Source of the DNA: Rhynchobatus australiae
Taxonomy: Eukaryota
Length of the DNA stretch: 64,000 bases
Direction: 5' to 3'
NCBI GenBank assembly: GCA_034780895.1
Contig: JAUZTB010000066.1
Location: forward strand, 13,585,387-13,649,386
Positions 51,401 to 61,020 of the stretch are shown here, in pieces. The notes under the pieces were generated by a model. It was not told where the DNA came from. It worked only from the letters and a program-made list of their open reading frames with translations, and ran no database searches. The translations under genes were made by a program, and so were the position numbers. How positions within the stretch are numbered: position 1 is the stretch's first letter; every line of letters starts with the position of its first letter.

Positions 51401-54400
51401 NNNNNNNNNNNNNNNNNNNNNNNNNNNNNNNNNNNNNNNNNNNNNNNNNNNNNNNNNNNNNNNNNNNNNNNNNNNNNNNNNNNNNNNNNNNNNNNNNNNN
51501 NNNNNNNNNNNNNNNNNNNNNNNNNNNATAGTGATGGGAATAAAAGGCAAGAAAAACTCATGTGGAATAAATAGTGGCATAGAACTTTGGCAGAATGAAT
51601 ATTCCTGTGCTATAAACACTTCATAAGAGCGAGTAAACATTCAAAGAAAAGTGAATTGTTAAGTTGACTAATGCACATCAAGCACTAATCTGGAGTGAAA
51701 ACCATTGCAGAGCTACTGAAAACAAAATTCACCTTCCAACTCCCTGAAGCGTACACAATTTGAATACTCTGAAAAGCAGAAATATTTGAATAGATGGTAC
51801 TGAACCACCTATATGAAGTGAGTAAGCTGTTTTGAATTGTAGTTAATTCAGTAGTTTTTTTTTACTTATGTAACTGTACAGTTACAGAAATAAAAATTCC
51901 ACTTAAGTATTTACAGGGCTGAAGGAGTATCAAAACAAATCAGAATGGAAGCCAGTGTAGCACACCAAATGTGAATGCTGAGAATACACAAGTCAAAACA
52001 GCAGTTAATCGGGTAGCATTTGCTTTTATGTAGAAATACTGAATTACAAATTCATGTAATGACCTAGAATGATGTGAAATGAGAAATTACACCTGGAATA
52101 TACTTAAGGTTTAAGTATATTACACTTGGAATATACTTAAACCTTAAGTATATTCAGCGGAATAAAGTTGAACTTATGCTAACGTGGACAATTGGCATTT
52201 ACTTACCCCAGAATATAGCATACAAGTCTGAGGGATTGTATGTCAGTATGTGTATAATTGCAACATTATCACCTGCACAATTATAGAACTTCAAAATGTT
52301 AGAAGTGTTATATAAACAAGCCAATATGACAAGGAATGGAACAAATAACACCAGTCAAGCAAGTCTTAAACAAAGATACTGATTGATTNNNNNNNNNNNN
52401 NNNNNNNNNNNNNNNNNNNNNNNNNNNNNNNNNNNNNNNNNNNNNNNNNNNNNNNNNNNNNNNNNNNNNNNNNNNNNNNNNNNNNNNNNNNNNNNNNNNN
52501 NNNNNNNNNNNNNNNNNNNNNNNNNNNNNNNNNNNNNNNNNNNNNNNNNNNNNNNNNNNNNNNNNNNNNNNNNNNNNNNNNNNNNNNNNNNNNNNNNNNN
52601 NNNNNNNNNNNNNNNNNNNNNNNNNNNNNNNNNNNNNNNNNNNNNNNNNNNNNNNNNNNNNNNNNNNNNNNNNNNNNNNNNNNNNNNNNNNNNNNNNNNN
52701 NNNNNNNNNNNNNNNNNNNNNNNNNNNNNNNNNNNNNNNNNNNNNNNNNNNNNNNNNNNNNNNNNNNNNNNNNNNNNNNNNNNNNNNNNNNNNNNNNNNN
52801 NNNNNNNNNNNNNNNNNNNNNNNNNNNNNNNNNNNNNNNNNNNNNNNNNNNNNNNNNNNNNNNNNNNNNNNNNNNNNNNNNNNNNNNNNNNNNNNNNNNN
52901 NNNNNNNNNNNNNNNNNNNNNNNNNNNNNNNNNNNNNNNNNNNNNNNNNNNNNNNNNNNNNNNNNNNNNNNNNNNNNNNAAAAAAATCACCATGCAAAAC
53001 TATTTTGAGAATCCACCTTTAGAACCAAAATGAATGCAGAGTGGAGGCCAGAAATAAAACAGATTATTTATGAAATTCTGAAACAGGGATGTCACTGAAA
53101 CCAAAGTAAACAAAGAAATGGAAGAGGTATCAGCTTTCAAATAAAATGGGAATTTTAGTACTGTAAAAATGAGTGAATCTGTGTCAATGAGATTGAACAT
53201 GTACATTCTCAATTAACTATTAATCTTTCACAAATGAAACAAGATGGAGTCTCACCTGTCAGCCATTTGGGGGATGACATAATGCCCATTTTTGTGATCT
53301 ATGGAAAAAAGAGAACAAAAACAATTTAGAGATAACAAACCACCAAGGGGCAAGGCCTACATAAAAGTGTCTACTTAGCTCAAGCAAACAATCCTTGGAG
53401 ACTAGGTTTCAGGTTCAGTGAAAAGCAAATAGCATTTCCCACTGCTCTTGAAGCAGACTGTACAAAACATAAGCCATTAAACATCAAAATAGGACTATTT
53501 TAAAAAGACTGTAGCCATAATTTTAAAATTTGACTTACTTAGCCAAAATTTCAGCAAGTTGCTACAACTTACTGCATTGATTCTTATGACAAGATGCCAG
53601 ACAAAATTTGGTTATTATTGGTTTCTACAATAGAAATAAATGCTTTGTTGTAAAATGCAAGTAATGTTCCAGAGCTAAGTGGGTTCTATTATATATTAAT
53701 TCTAAGGTTGCATTTATCACAATTATATTTTCTTTGAAGCATTGCTCTTGGAAGTGAGCACTGAAGACAAAACTGCTTATTTCTGGTTGCTACTAAGTGC
53801 TACAGTCCTTATGCTGGTGATGCCCCTGCAGAAAGATAGGTAGAAAATTCCAGGATATTATAATACCAACAAAAGAACAGCAAAAGTCAAATCGGTAACG
53901 CCAACATGAAAAAAGATTGGAAGTGATAGCAGTTGCATAATTTTCTGTCTTTGAAAGTGGTAGAAGTTGACCTGCTCAAAGGTGCTGTTGACATAACTAT
54001 GGCAGGATGCTGCAGTGTCTTTTGAAGATTGTACATGCTCCAGCTAGAGTCTAGCAAGGATTTCAGGAATAGTTGCTGGGAAGGATGGGTGAAGGGGTGG
54101 AAATCTGGTCTGGCAAAAGTCAATTAAGTAGACTAATCTATCCAGGATGGTAATAAGTTGTCTGAATATTATTGCAAAATTCAGATGATAATCAAGTCTT
54201 CTATCACACTCATCATAAACCTTGTAGTAGTTGTGGATGAGTCTTTAAATTCTCATGACACANNNNNNNNNNCGCAAAACATTTTCTGAAATAGCTCTCA
54301 ATTCTCATTACAAATCATAATTTGTAACTCTCAGCCTCTCCAGGTAAAGGCAATCAATTTTGTGCCTATTTAAAAACATTTCAATTTGTGGGTGAAATGT

Positions 54401-57400
54401 TACAGGGAATTTAACCAAGACTCCCAAAATAATCTGCCAAATTTAACATTTTCCACTGCCAAATTCAAGAGACTAATAAACTAAATTACATTACAAGAGA
54501 TTGGAGTATAATGGGATAATGCACTCTACCATCTTGTGCTTTTTCACTTAATGTTTAATGCTACATATTGTACCATTTTAGGATTGAGATGCACTATTGG
54601 AAAGAAACTGAATCTCAGCCCTGATATGAAAGATAGTTCATCGTGCCACAACAATGAACAGAACCAGTGACTTGAAAAGTGCAGCCTCTCATAAGGGCGT
54701 CTCACCTTTGTTATTTATGTACATCTTCCTTAGCAATCAAGTCTTTATAAGGTCAGAGGCAAAAATGAGAGTTAAGGACCAAATGTGACGATGACCAGAA
54801 ATTGAACAAGCCTTTGACACGATCCAGAAAACTAGAATTTAAATGTCACAAATCATAACTTAGATGGGCAATGATTTGTAGATATTGCAAGTTCATCCTG
54901 CAGCATTGTAACTTGTTTCTGATTAGCTTCAAGTTGCTTGCAAGAGGTAAATACAAGTTATTTTGAAGTGACACTTTGCAGAACAGTATTGCTGGTGATT
55001 GGAGATCACTTAAATCCAAATTTATCCATAGAATGTTAATGTAATTTTTCTCTTGATAAACTGCAAAATACTTCCAATGCCCATTAAGTAAAAAAAAAGC
55101 AGTTTCTGCCCTCAAAATAACTGCTTATTTGAGTCTATATTTGGTGTTTAAAAAACCTCAGGAGTATGATGTATCATGGATATGTTATTGGACTAAAGAT
55201 CCTAGACTCAAGTTCAAATCCCACATCTGCAGCTAGGCAATTTAGATACAATTCAATGAATATGCAATTAGTATTGGGTGNNNNNNNNNNNNNNNNNNNN
55301 NNNNNNNNNNNNNNNNNNNNNNNNNNNNNNNNNNNNNNNNNNNNNNNNNNNNNNNNNNNNNNNNNNNNNNNNNNNNNNNNNNNNNNNNNNNNNNNNNNNN
55401 NNNNNNNNNNNNNNNNNNNNNNNNNNNNNNNNNNNNNNNNNNNNNNNNNNNNNNNNNNNNNNNNNNNNNNNNNTGTAAATGAATACCAAAAAAAATTGGC
55501 ATTTACAACTTGTTGCTCTAATTAGTATTGAACAGAATCATGTTAAATGAGAGTCCTGTAGCAATAAACTTAATGAAGCTGATCCTGCTAAACAATGAAA
55601 TGACGTTTGGATAACTACAAGCTTCAGCTGAAGTTTATATCTACAAATGATATTCATTAATTATCTTTGGATTTTAAAAAAAGATGTGAATTTATCCATT
55701 TTGTACAATACAATTACTACACTGTTAATTACAGGAAGATCTCTGGTGTTCCATTTGCATTTATCTAGTGGCCATATTCATAGCATATATAGACCACATG
55801 GTTTTGTAGAAATTACTTACCTGGTCTCCGTCCACAAAGGTAAAATGCCAATCTGTCTGTAAGTTCATATTGACACTCTACCAGTCTGTCAGCAAGTTCA
55901 TGGTGATTTGCTTGTCTGCAAAGGTTAAAAAAAATCACAATTCATCACAGGGAGACAAGAGCTGGAGCTCATGGGTCTAGATTTTGTACATTAGATATAC
56001 AGGTTTTAATTTTTGAAATGCAAAAAAATAAATTTATTATACTTAGATTATTAAGCCATCATGCAGAATTAATCAACCTATCTTTTTCATCAACATTTAG
56101 AAAATGCTACAAATCCTGAAGCAATAATATGCTTGAGATGCAGTCAAAGAATGAAAGAAAGATGGGTTAGTTCCAGATCCAGTCTATTTTGTTCCCATCA
56201 TGCAGTTTAGTGTTTGGAAGGATAAGGATCTCAAATGAAAATCATCTTATGCTGTACGGAGTTTAAGGTGTTTTTACACAGTTGCAGAATTGCAGTTCTG
56301 TATCTATCTCTGGCTTTATTTGAAAGCTCAAAGAACAACTTAAGTTGACTTATAACTTTAAGTCAAATTTGGCATTGATCCAGGTGGTAGTATATATTCA
56401 TAGTATCTAAACTAGTTCCTGGAGGGTCTTTAACCCTACTGTAAGAACCTTTACAATCAACCTGCAGGAATATCATTTACACAGCACAGAAGACTTCCGA
56501 TATATAAAAAAATTAAGACTAAATGGAGTCTGAGTGGCTGTCATTGCCACTTTCTCCTGCCCCTGCCCCATGTTGGAGGACTGGTGTTTTAAAAATCTGC
56601 TTTTGTACCAAGGGTACTGATGTTTATGTTGTATGAATGCCGTGCTCTTCAAAACCAGTATCATTTTCAGATTGCACAAAACTGACTTCAAATGAGTTTT
56701 TATTTCTGATAAGACTAGTTTAGTCATAGAAAATCAGTGTGCTTTCTCCTAAGTGCCAAGGGCAAAAACTTTGGGGATTTACACTAACAAGATTTCATAA
56801 GAGCAGCCTACATCAATCTTTCATAATAATGCTTTTTGACTGAACTATTTCTATAGCAAAAGCATTAAACAGAATCTAATAAAATATACACAACAGTTCA
56901 GTCCCTAAGGGGCTACGGAAAGAGGTTGTCAACCCTAGCACTGTTATTCCTTACCCACACCTTTAATGCAGTTCCAATTAACAGTAATTCTAAACCTACT
57001 CCATTAAAAAAGAGCAATACAATATGGCAGTAAGTTAAACATGACATTGAGGACTTTTGTTCCGCTCCACTGACCTGGCATAATCTATTGGCGTTCTACC
57101 ATTGACATCAGGCGCTCCAGGATCCGCACCATAAACAACCAGAAGTTCAGCCTGATGTATTTGTCCTGCTTTGGCAGCTACATGCAAAGGAGTGGTACCT
57201 TTCTCCTAATGAGTAGAAAATCAAAACTATTTAAATCTTTAATAAAATCAAACAAGAACTCTATCATACTAGCTGACTTAAAGGATTGCTCCATTTTTAA
57301 TGTTGCATGCATGGGTTTAACAGTTCAAGTAGCTACCACTTCATCCCATGAAGCATTTTGACAATAATCTTCCATGACATCTTACACAGGAATGAACGTG

Positions 57401-60400
57401 TGAAAATAAGAACATTCTCAATGTAGCTCTTGAAAGTCAATTCTCAGAATAAGATGGACTACATTTGAAGCAAATTACAGAAAAATTATCAATACCATCC
57501 AACACAAAGCAGATGCATGTAGAAATGTTACACTTGATTCAAGCAGTGCTTGACAAAAGGTTGAAGGCATGCTTCAGCAGTGGAGGAGAGGCTTTTAGTC
57601 TCAATGACAATCACCTCAAAAATGACAAACAATCACCAGAACATATTTAGGTGATTAAAATGCTGTTTCCTTAATGGTCCAGTGGTCACTGCACCAGATA
57701 AATGATAAAGTCAACCTTACAGACTGTTTATTAAATTTAGTTTGAGCACATTTAGGGCCAATGAAATAGCCTGAAAAGATAGTGCATGCAAACTGAATAA
57801 TGAATTCCAATACGGAATTGAACTTTAAAGGGCATTTTTAAAAAAAAAACAGGGATCTCTAGATAACCATACCAAAGAGCAAACACAGGAACAGAGGACT
57901 GTGCTTTATCGTTCTCCATTCATCTCTACCGAAATCTAGATGCCAATTGTGAAAGTGTGCTTACATTTGATTAGGATTGACTGTGATAACAGAACAGTAG
58001 CCCAACAATTTTGTTCATAAAATATAGCAAAAGTAATTGACATTTTTGGAAGCAGTGTTGCAATTTTCAGAGAATGGAAAAAGGAAACAAGCAACATATT
58101 ATACAAGTAACCATCAGTCTGCGTGCAAGAATGACAAACTTGTTTCACTACTGCAAGACATTTGTTATCCAAATTCAGATTTGAATTATCCCATCCAAAC
58201 TCATCAAGCTTCAAGACCTGGGCCTTTGTACCTCCCTCTGCAATTGAATACTTGACTTCCTCATCGGCAGACCTCAATCAGCAAGGATTGGTAACATCTC
58301 CTCCTCGCTGATCATCAACACAGGAGCACCTCAAGGCTCCGTGCTTAGCCCCCTACTCTACTCACGACTGTGTAGCTAAACACAGCTCCAATGCCATCTT
58401 AAAATTCAGCAATGACAGTACTGCTATTGGACGAATCAAAGGTAGAGATGAGTCAGCTTACCAAAGTGAAATAGGACACCTAGTTGAGTGGTATTGCAAC
58501 AACAACCTCTTGCTCAATGTCAGCAAAACTAAAGAGCTGATTGTTGACTTCAGGAAGGGGAAGGAGGGTGAATATATGCCAGTCTACACTGGAGGAAATC
58601 AGCAGTGAAGAGAGTCAGCAGCTTTAAATTCCTGGGCATTAACATATTGGATGACCTATCCTGGGCTCAGCACATAAATGCAATCATAAGGAAAGTGAAC
58701 CAGCGTCTTTATTTTCTTAGGAGATTAAGGAGGTTTGGCTTGTCACCAAACACTAATAAATTTCTACAGATGTACTGTTGAAAATATCCTGACTGGTTGC
58801 ATCATGGTCTGGTATGGCAATTCGAGTGAGCAGGAATGTAGGCAGCTGCAGAGAGTAGTGGACTCTGCTCAATACATCACTGGCACATCCCTCCCCACCA
58901 TCGGTCGCATCTAGAGGCGCTGGCTCAAGGCAGCAACAACCAAGATACCCACCTTCTGGGCCATGCCATCTTTTCGCAGCTACCATCGCGCAGGAGGTAC
59001 AGAACCCTGGAGTCCCACACCACCAGGTTCAAGAACAGCTACTTCCCTTCACCGATTCAGTTCTTGNNNNNNNNNNNNNNNNNNNNNNNNNNNNNNNNNN
59101 NNNNNNNNNNNNNNNNNNNNNNNNNNNNNNNNNNNNNNNNNNNNNNNNNNNNNNNNNNNNNNNNNNCTTTACACTACAGTAGACTGTTTCTTTTTGGCTC
59201 TAAAACTTTATAACAGACTAATGCCTCAATTCAGAACTTCAAAGTGTATTGCACACTGTTTTGCTACTTTTGGTACCTTGAGGTATGGGAGGAAAAGAGT
59301 CAGATGAAGTGCTTGTACAACAACTTGACAGCAAAAAAAAAGACATCTAGACATAAAAGGATTTGATCTGACCTTTAAACCATGAGAGTTGAATTCTACT
59401 GAGTTAAAATCGCTGAGTGAAATATGTGCAGCAGACTTAAAACTGAATTTTTATTTTGATACAAAAGCTTTATCATTTTTCAGTTTATCGTTATGAACAA
59501 AAGAGAAATTCTGCCATTAGATCAATTAGTTTTGCATACCAACTCAGACTGCCAATCAACTAAAGATTAAGATGTAGACTGATAATGTTTTATTGAAAAG
59601 CATGCAACTTGGCACAGAACAGCAGAGTGCATGAGCTATTGTGTTTTAAAGGACCGGATCTCACTGGCTTATGCTGGCAGTCAGACAATTAAACACATGT
59701 TAGGAATATCCAGGCGAACATGCAAGTACTGGATTTAATGACAGATTTAGAATGCCAAATCTGATGCTCACTCCACTAGTAAATTGCTCATTGATTTCAC
59801 CATGGAGTCCAGCTGTTGAACCACTCAGGGTTGTTTAGATTCCCTGCAAGTTACACTGAGGAAAATCATCAATTGGATCTTGTGCCTGGTACAGGATCTG
59901 AGAGCCTCAATGATTTTGATAGGGTTTATAGGACTGTGGATTANNNNNNNNNNNNNNNNNNNNNNNNNNNNNNNNNNNNNNNNNNNNNNNNNNNNNNNNN
60001 NNNNNNNNNNNNNNNNNNNNNNNNNNNNNNNNNNNNNNNNNNNNNNNNNNNNNNNNNNNNNNNNNNNNNNNNNNNNNNGAGGGGGGGGGGGGGGCGGGGG
60101 AGGAAATAAGGCTCTTTGCTTTGCTGCTGGGGACCCTGCCATCACTCAAGTCATGCTATTGGAGTCCAAGGTGCTTCAGGCTAGTGAAGTGGCTCTCTGC
60201 AAACAATTCAAGATTTAGTATGTGTGAGGTGACTGGTTATCATCATTCTGAGCTAAGGAACTGAGCCCTTTGATGTGATCAACTTTTAATTAGCAAAGTA
60301 AGGGCTGACATAAAAGAATGTACTGATTTTGTTGCTAAAATCAAGATGAGGCGAAATGGAACTGAAAGGTTAAAGAAATAAAAGTAATGCAAAGAGAGCC

Positions 60401-60643
60401 CATCAGTGCCTTAACAAGAAAACGTTAACATGTTGGAAATTACCTTTCAGTGGTTTTCTCCGTCTCTGGTGCTGAATGCCTTACTATAGTTTCATAATGA
60501 ATAAAGATTACAGAATGCTATGAATTATGGAAAACAGATTCCAAAATTAACTTTACCGGATGAAAGAAATTGGCCTGTGCTCCCAGGGACAGTAGCCTGA
60601 TACACGTCTCCAAATTCCCTGTTCGTACACTGGAGTGCAATTG
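3362..60643 (-). CDS. GIT1: GIT1 (ARF GTPase-activating protein GIT1), partial multi-exon gene; span of visible exons
   Basis: 13 exons splice in frame to QLHSSVRTGNLETCIRLLSLGAQANFFHP-EKGTTPLHVAAKAGQ...GRTPIDYAR-QANHHELADRLVECQYELTDRLAFYLCGRRP-DHKNGHYVIPQMAD...RRENDAVW...TERSAVPFLPVNPEYSATRNQ...RRDRQAVSMYE...IRRGVS. Residues EKGTT, DVNGRTPIDY, ECQY, RENDA, TERSAV and NAREF match GIT1 rather than GIT2. Confidence 0.95.
4627..4845 (-). CDS. GIT1: GIT1 exon (219 nt): INKLQTENAQMKQ...RRDRQAVSMYE...TRLQPLDCS
   Basis: Lies within ORF 4576..4875; tgtcag| acceptor, AGT|gtgagt donor; matches GIT1 IHKLQAEN, RRDRQAFSMYE and TRLQP. Confidence 0.94.
9240..9392 (-). CDS. GIT1: GIT1 exon (153 nt), coiled coil: SMDSSDLSDGPITLQEYLEVKKALAASEAKVQQLMKVNNNLSEELRRLQMQ
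   Basis: ctctag| acceptor, CAG|gtgagt donor, phase 0/0. Confidence 0.97.
10045..10205 (+). mobile_element. Decayed CR1 3' end
   Basis: gtggtgaatctttggaattctctac...tcagccatgat...actcctattttc. Confidence 0.65.
10430..11040 (+). mobile_element. Decayed CR1 LINE 3' portion carrying a 43-bp insertion with 13-bp TSD
   Basis: ttggtgagagcacctctggaatatt, cagagaagatttactggattaatacctgga, tail gctcctaattcttacatatg. Confidence 0.75.
12432..12470 (-). mobile_element. 3' terminus of young CR1 subfamily, remainder in gap
   Basis: tagaaaaactacagcacaattcaggccctac, as at 13627 and 47845. Confidence 0.75.
12571..12675 (+). mobile_element. Young SINE-like 3' end with (TATCT)-type tail
   Basis: CpG-retaining ggcgccggaagcgtggcgacacttgcgggctgccccc followed by tatcttatctta. 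Confidence 0.6.
12677..12930. mobile_element. Two CR1 fragments: + strand tail 12677-12776 and - strand ORF2 piece about 12780-12930
   Basis: ggactgaagggcctgtttcc...ctctatgactc; cctcagcctaccctgctccaaggacacaaacccagccta. Confidence 0.65.
13020..13110 (+). mobile_element. tRNA-derived SINE head (Deu/SacSINE-like), decayed
   Basis: tgtgactcaatggcaacac...gagtcagaaagacagtggggttaaatcc: A-box and B-box like spacing. Confidence 0.45.
13337..13620 (-). mobile_element. CR1 LINE 3' end
   Basis: ORF 13410..13652 gives TRGRRFHVRGEKLKGDLRGKFFTQRMVNIWNELPEEVV, the CR1 ORF2 C-terminus. Confidence 0.9.
13625..14192 (-). mobile_element. Young 5'-truncated CR1 LINE
   Basis: ORF 13714..14148 gives RLRELCLFSLERRRMRGDLIEVYKMM...TRGHRFKV...FFTQRVVSAWNGLP. 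Confidence 0.95.
14620..15010 (-). mobile_element. Old CR1 3' fragment
   Basis: tgggtagagaattccaaggattcatcacctctgcgtaaaaaaa...gtatgtttcaataaaatcacctctc. Confidence 0.75.
15596..15747 (-). CDS. GIT1: GIT1 exon (152 nt): (E)TIDYLLRNQNDRPDSDFGDDQHDYDSVASDEDTDAELHRNASSSRNNRAK
   Basis: cttcatttag| acceptor, AAG|gtgagc donor, phase 1/0; conserved DDQHDYDSVASDEDTD motif. Confidence 0.94.
17160..17285 (+). mobile_element. Fragment of the old CR1/L2-clade LINE 3' region
   Basis: Similar to 50030-50140 (cctctccaaattgcaccctc...tcactggactgaaatcatggaat). Confidence 0.5.
18409..18519 (-). CDS. GIT1: GIT1 exon, Spa2-homology repeat 2: GRQKLARFNAREFATLIIDILSDAKRRQHGKTLGSPT; last base and donor hidden in N-gap
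   Basis: ctttttag| acceptor; 37 codons read up to the gap edge at 18408; the next exon requires phase 1, i.e. at least one more base. Confidence 0.95.
19700..20460 (-). mobile_element. Decayed L2-type LINE fragment
   Basis: Purine-rich + strand; minus-strand ORFs (DPMLYLVMPSTKQAP, SVANPSFHKQFQP) resemble decayed L2 ORF2. Confidence 0.5.
20640..20820 (-). mobile_element. V-SINE/HE1-type SINE (V domain and tRNA head)
   Basis: gggaggaaactagagcaccaggggaaatc...gtcacaaggagaatgtgcaaatgccatacagacagc...ttcaaaccc. Confidence 0.8.
24077..24174 (-). CDS. GIT1: GIT1 exon (98 nt): (V)WLTTQNHSTLVTERSAVPFLPVNPEYSATRNQ
   Basis: ttacag| acceptor, CAG|gtatgt donor, phase 1/0. Confidence 0.97.
26804..26892 (-). 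mobile_element. CR1 ORF2 fragment next to gap
   Basis: KCELLHFGRTNQGRTYTVNGRALRSVEEQ in ORF 26693..27004. Confidence 0.85.
27950..28445. mobile_element. Fold-back (Penelope-associated) non-autonomous element split by a SINE
   Basis: ctgaaataaa...cagcaggtca...catctg arm versus cagatg...acctgct...tttatttcag arm; resumes atttccagaatct after 28410. Confidence 0.65.
28151..28410 (+). mobile_element. V-SINE/HE1-type SINE nested in the fold-back element
   Basis: gattcaatcctgac...tgtgtggagtttgcgtgggtttccccggtgctttggtttcttcccacagccccaaagatgtg. Confidence 0.85.
28818..29330 (-). mobile_element. Two tandem CR1 3' ends (28818-29155 and 29156-29330)
   Basis: cataagatataggagcagaattaggccatt...aattccacagattcactaccttttgggtgaagaaattcctc; second tail cagcacagaaacagacctttc. 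Confidence 0.85.
31291..31720. mobile_element. MITE-like non-autonomous DNA element (GGGC termini, Harbinger-like)
   Basis: Left end tgggctaaatcatgctt versus reverse complement of right end tgggctagattatgctt; AT-rich core. Confidence 0.55.
32463..33150 (-). mobile_element. Old CR1 fragments
   Basis: taagaacataa...ccattcagtaagatcat...ggaagtttctcctcatctcagtcctgaatggcc; ctcattttccacattatatgccatttg. Confidence 0.7.
33673..33696. repeat. Perfect 24-bp palindrome
   Basis: tatcttttcaatattgaaaagata equals its own reverse complement. Confidence 0.95.
33745..33912 (-). mobile_element. 3' half of HE1/V-SINE
   Basis: acagcatggaaacagggcc...tacagtagccaattaatctaccaac. Confidence 0.7.
34351..34423 (-). 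CDS. GIT1: GIT1 exon (73 nt), Spa2-homology repeat 1: LNNRLFEELAMDVYDEVDRRENDA(V)
   Basis: gtgcag| acceptor, CAG|gtatat donor, phase 0/1. Confidence 0.97.
35290..35600 (-). mobile_element. CR1 ORF2 fragment
   Basis: cacaatactctagatgtggtctcaccatggccatatacaattgca (reverse of the LYxxxVRPHLEYCV motif). Confidence 0.8.
35775..36030 (+). mobile_element. LINE 3' UTR fragment (Rex1/Babar-type tail)
   Basis: gacctcacaatctaccttgttatgac...ttttcaccgtacctc...gtgacaataataaaccaatacc; family assignment from memory. Confidence 0.65.
36570..36780. mobile_element. Fold-back (Penelope-associated) non-autonomous element
   Basis: Inverted ends gcaaaaaactgcag...ctgcagtttttgc; inner arms aggcagca and tgctgcct; central CTGATGA...GAAA. 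Confidence 0.75.
37832..37883 (-). CDS. GIT1: GIT1 exon (52 or 49 nt, NAGNAG acceptor): (S)[S]LDLSELAKAAKKKLQA
   Basis: ttctcttcag|TAG|C tandem acceptor, GCA|gtaagt donor, phase 2/0. Confidence 0.96.
38495..38737 (+). mobile_element. HE1/V-SINE with CR1-derived tail
   Basis: cccaaagatgtgcatg...ttaattggccac...tgggctgaagggtctatttctgtgctgtgtgattctatgac. Confidence 0.85.
41455..41532 (+). repeat. 39-bp tandem duplication
   Basis: tgtcagatgttttggggacagcagccttaggcttcaat and tgtcagatgtgtttgggggcaggagccttaggcttcaat. Confidence 0.9.
42008..42034 (-). CDS. GIT1: GIT1 alternative 27-nt microexon: (R)TRQKCMTQ(S)
   Basis: aaatag|AACACGGCAAAAATGCATGACCCAGAG|gtattt; symmetric phase 2/2; peptide matches the 9-aa insert (R)SRQKCMSQ(S) of the long mammalian GIT1 isoform at the same position. 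Confidence 0.92.
45740..46180 (-). mobile_element. Decayed L2-type LINE fragment
   Basis: Purine-rich + strand; minus strand HRASVFSSH / PIFCQSSNSPL resembles L2 RT N-terminal region. Confidence 0.5.
47845..48166 (-). mobile_element. Young 5'-truncated CR1 (internal gap), same subfamily as 13625-14192
   Basis: Near-identical 3' end and shared tgaccagaactgagcaca...ctatatagctgc segment. Confidence 0.92.
48676..49540 (+). mobile_element. Older CR1 LINE 3' portion nested in old LINE
   Basis: gactgagtgagtgg...aaatgtgaaaatgtccatattgg...gacttgattgaaatgtac...gcagagcaggctcaaggg...ttatgttct. Confidence 0.85.
52086..52155. repeat. Duplicated hairpin with inverted loop (nested direct and inverted repeat)
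   Basis: aatatacttaa-ggt-ttaagtatatt and aatatacttaa-acc-ttaagtatatt, 33-bp period. Confidence 0.95.
53256..53298 (-). CDS. GIT1: GIT1 exon (43 nt): (D)HKNGHYVIPQMAD(S/R)
   Basis: ttttttccatag| acceptor, CAG|gtgaga donor, phase 1/2. Confidence 0.96.
55821..55915 (-). CDS. GIT1: GIT1 exon (95 nt): (R)QANHHELADRLVECQYELTDRLAFYLCGRRP(D)
   Basis: ttgcag| acceptor, CAG|gtaagt donor, phase 2/1. Confidence 0.97.
57075..57205 (-). CDS. GIT1: GIT1 exon (131 nt), ankyrin repeats: EKGTTPLHVAAKAGQIHQAELLVVYGADPGAPDVNGRTPIDYA(R)
   Basis: cattag| acceptor, AG|gtcagt donor, phase 0/2, TPLH ankyrin motif. Confidence 0.97.
58185..59066 (+). mobile_element. Rex1/Babar-type LINE, decayed RT domain
   Basis: TSLCN*ILDFLIGRPQS...NTGAPQGSVLSPLLY...HDCVAKHSSNAILKF; NLLLNVSKTKELIVDFRK; FYRCTVENILTGCI, with stops and frameshifts. 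Confidence 0.9.
60557..60643 (-). CDS. GIT1: GIT1 exon (87 nt), ankyrin repeat 1: QLHSSVRTGNLETCIRLLSLGAQANFFHP
   Basis: catcag| acceptor, CCG|gtaaag donor, phase 0/0, near-identical to GIT family sequence. Confidence 0.97.
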
Positions 60644-60924
60644 CTGATGCAAGACAAAAAAAATACAAATATTAGAATTATGATAATACAATTCAGCGAC
60701 ATCTTACAGATAATTAAGGAGAGCCATAGGTTAAATATTCATGCTCTATTATATTAGGTATACATTTGTTAATTTATGTATTCAAATTGTAAACACCACA
60801 ACAGGCTGTCAAGTTTGTTTAAATTAACAAAGGGACTTTTGCCTTCCTCTTCTTGTGTCTTAACACTTGTTTATTTTTAAAAAACTTTCCATTGGATGCA
60901 ATTTCATTGCTTTTAAGTGTCAGC

Positions 60925-61020
60925 AGTTTCTCTCTCCACATATGCTGCCTTACTTGCTGGGCATCTTCAACATCTTTAGTGTTTATTTTAGATTTCTAGT
61001 ATCTGCAATATTTTAGTTTT
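60925..61020 (+). mobile_element. Right arm of the fold-back element family
   Basis: tctctccacatatgctgccttacttgctg...agatttctagtatctgcaata, compare 36700-36780. Confidence 0.65.

Noticed and set aside
3362-60643. Assignment as GIT2
   Set aside because: Diagnostic residues, the 27-nt microexon and the RRDRQAxSMYE and IRxGVS segments are GIT1-type.
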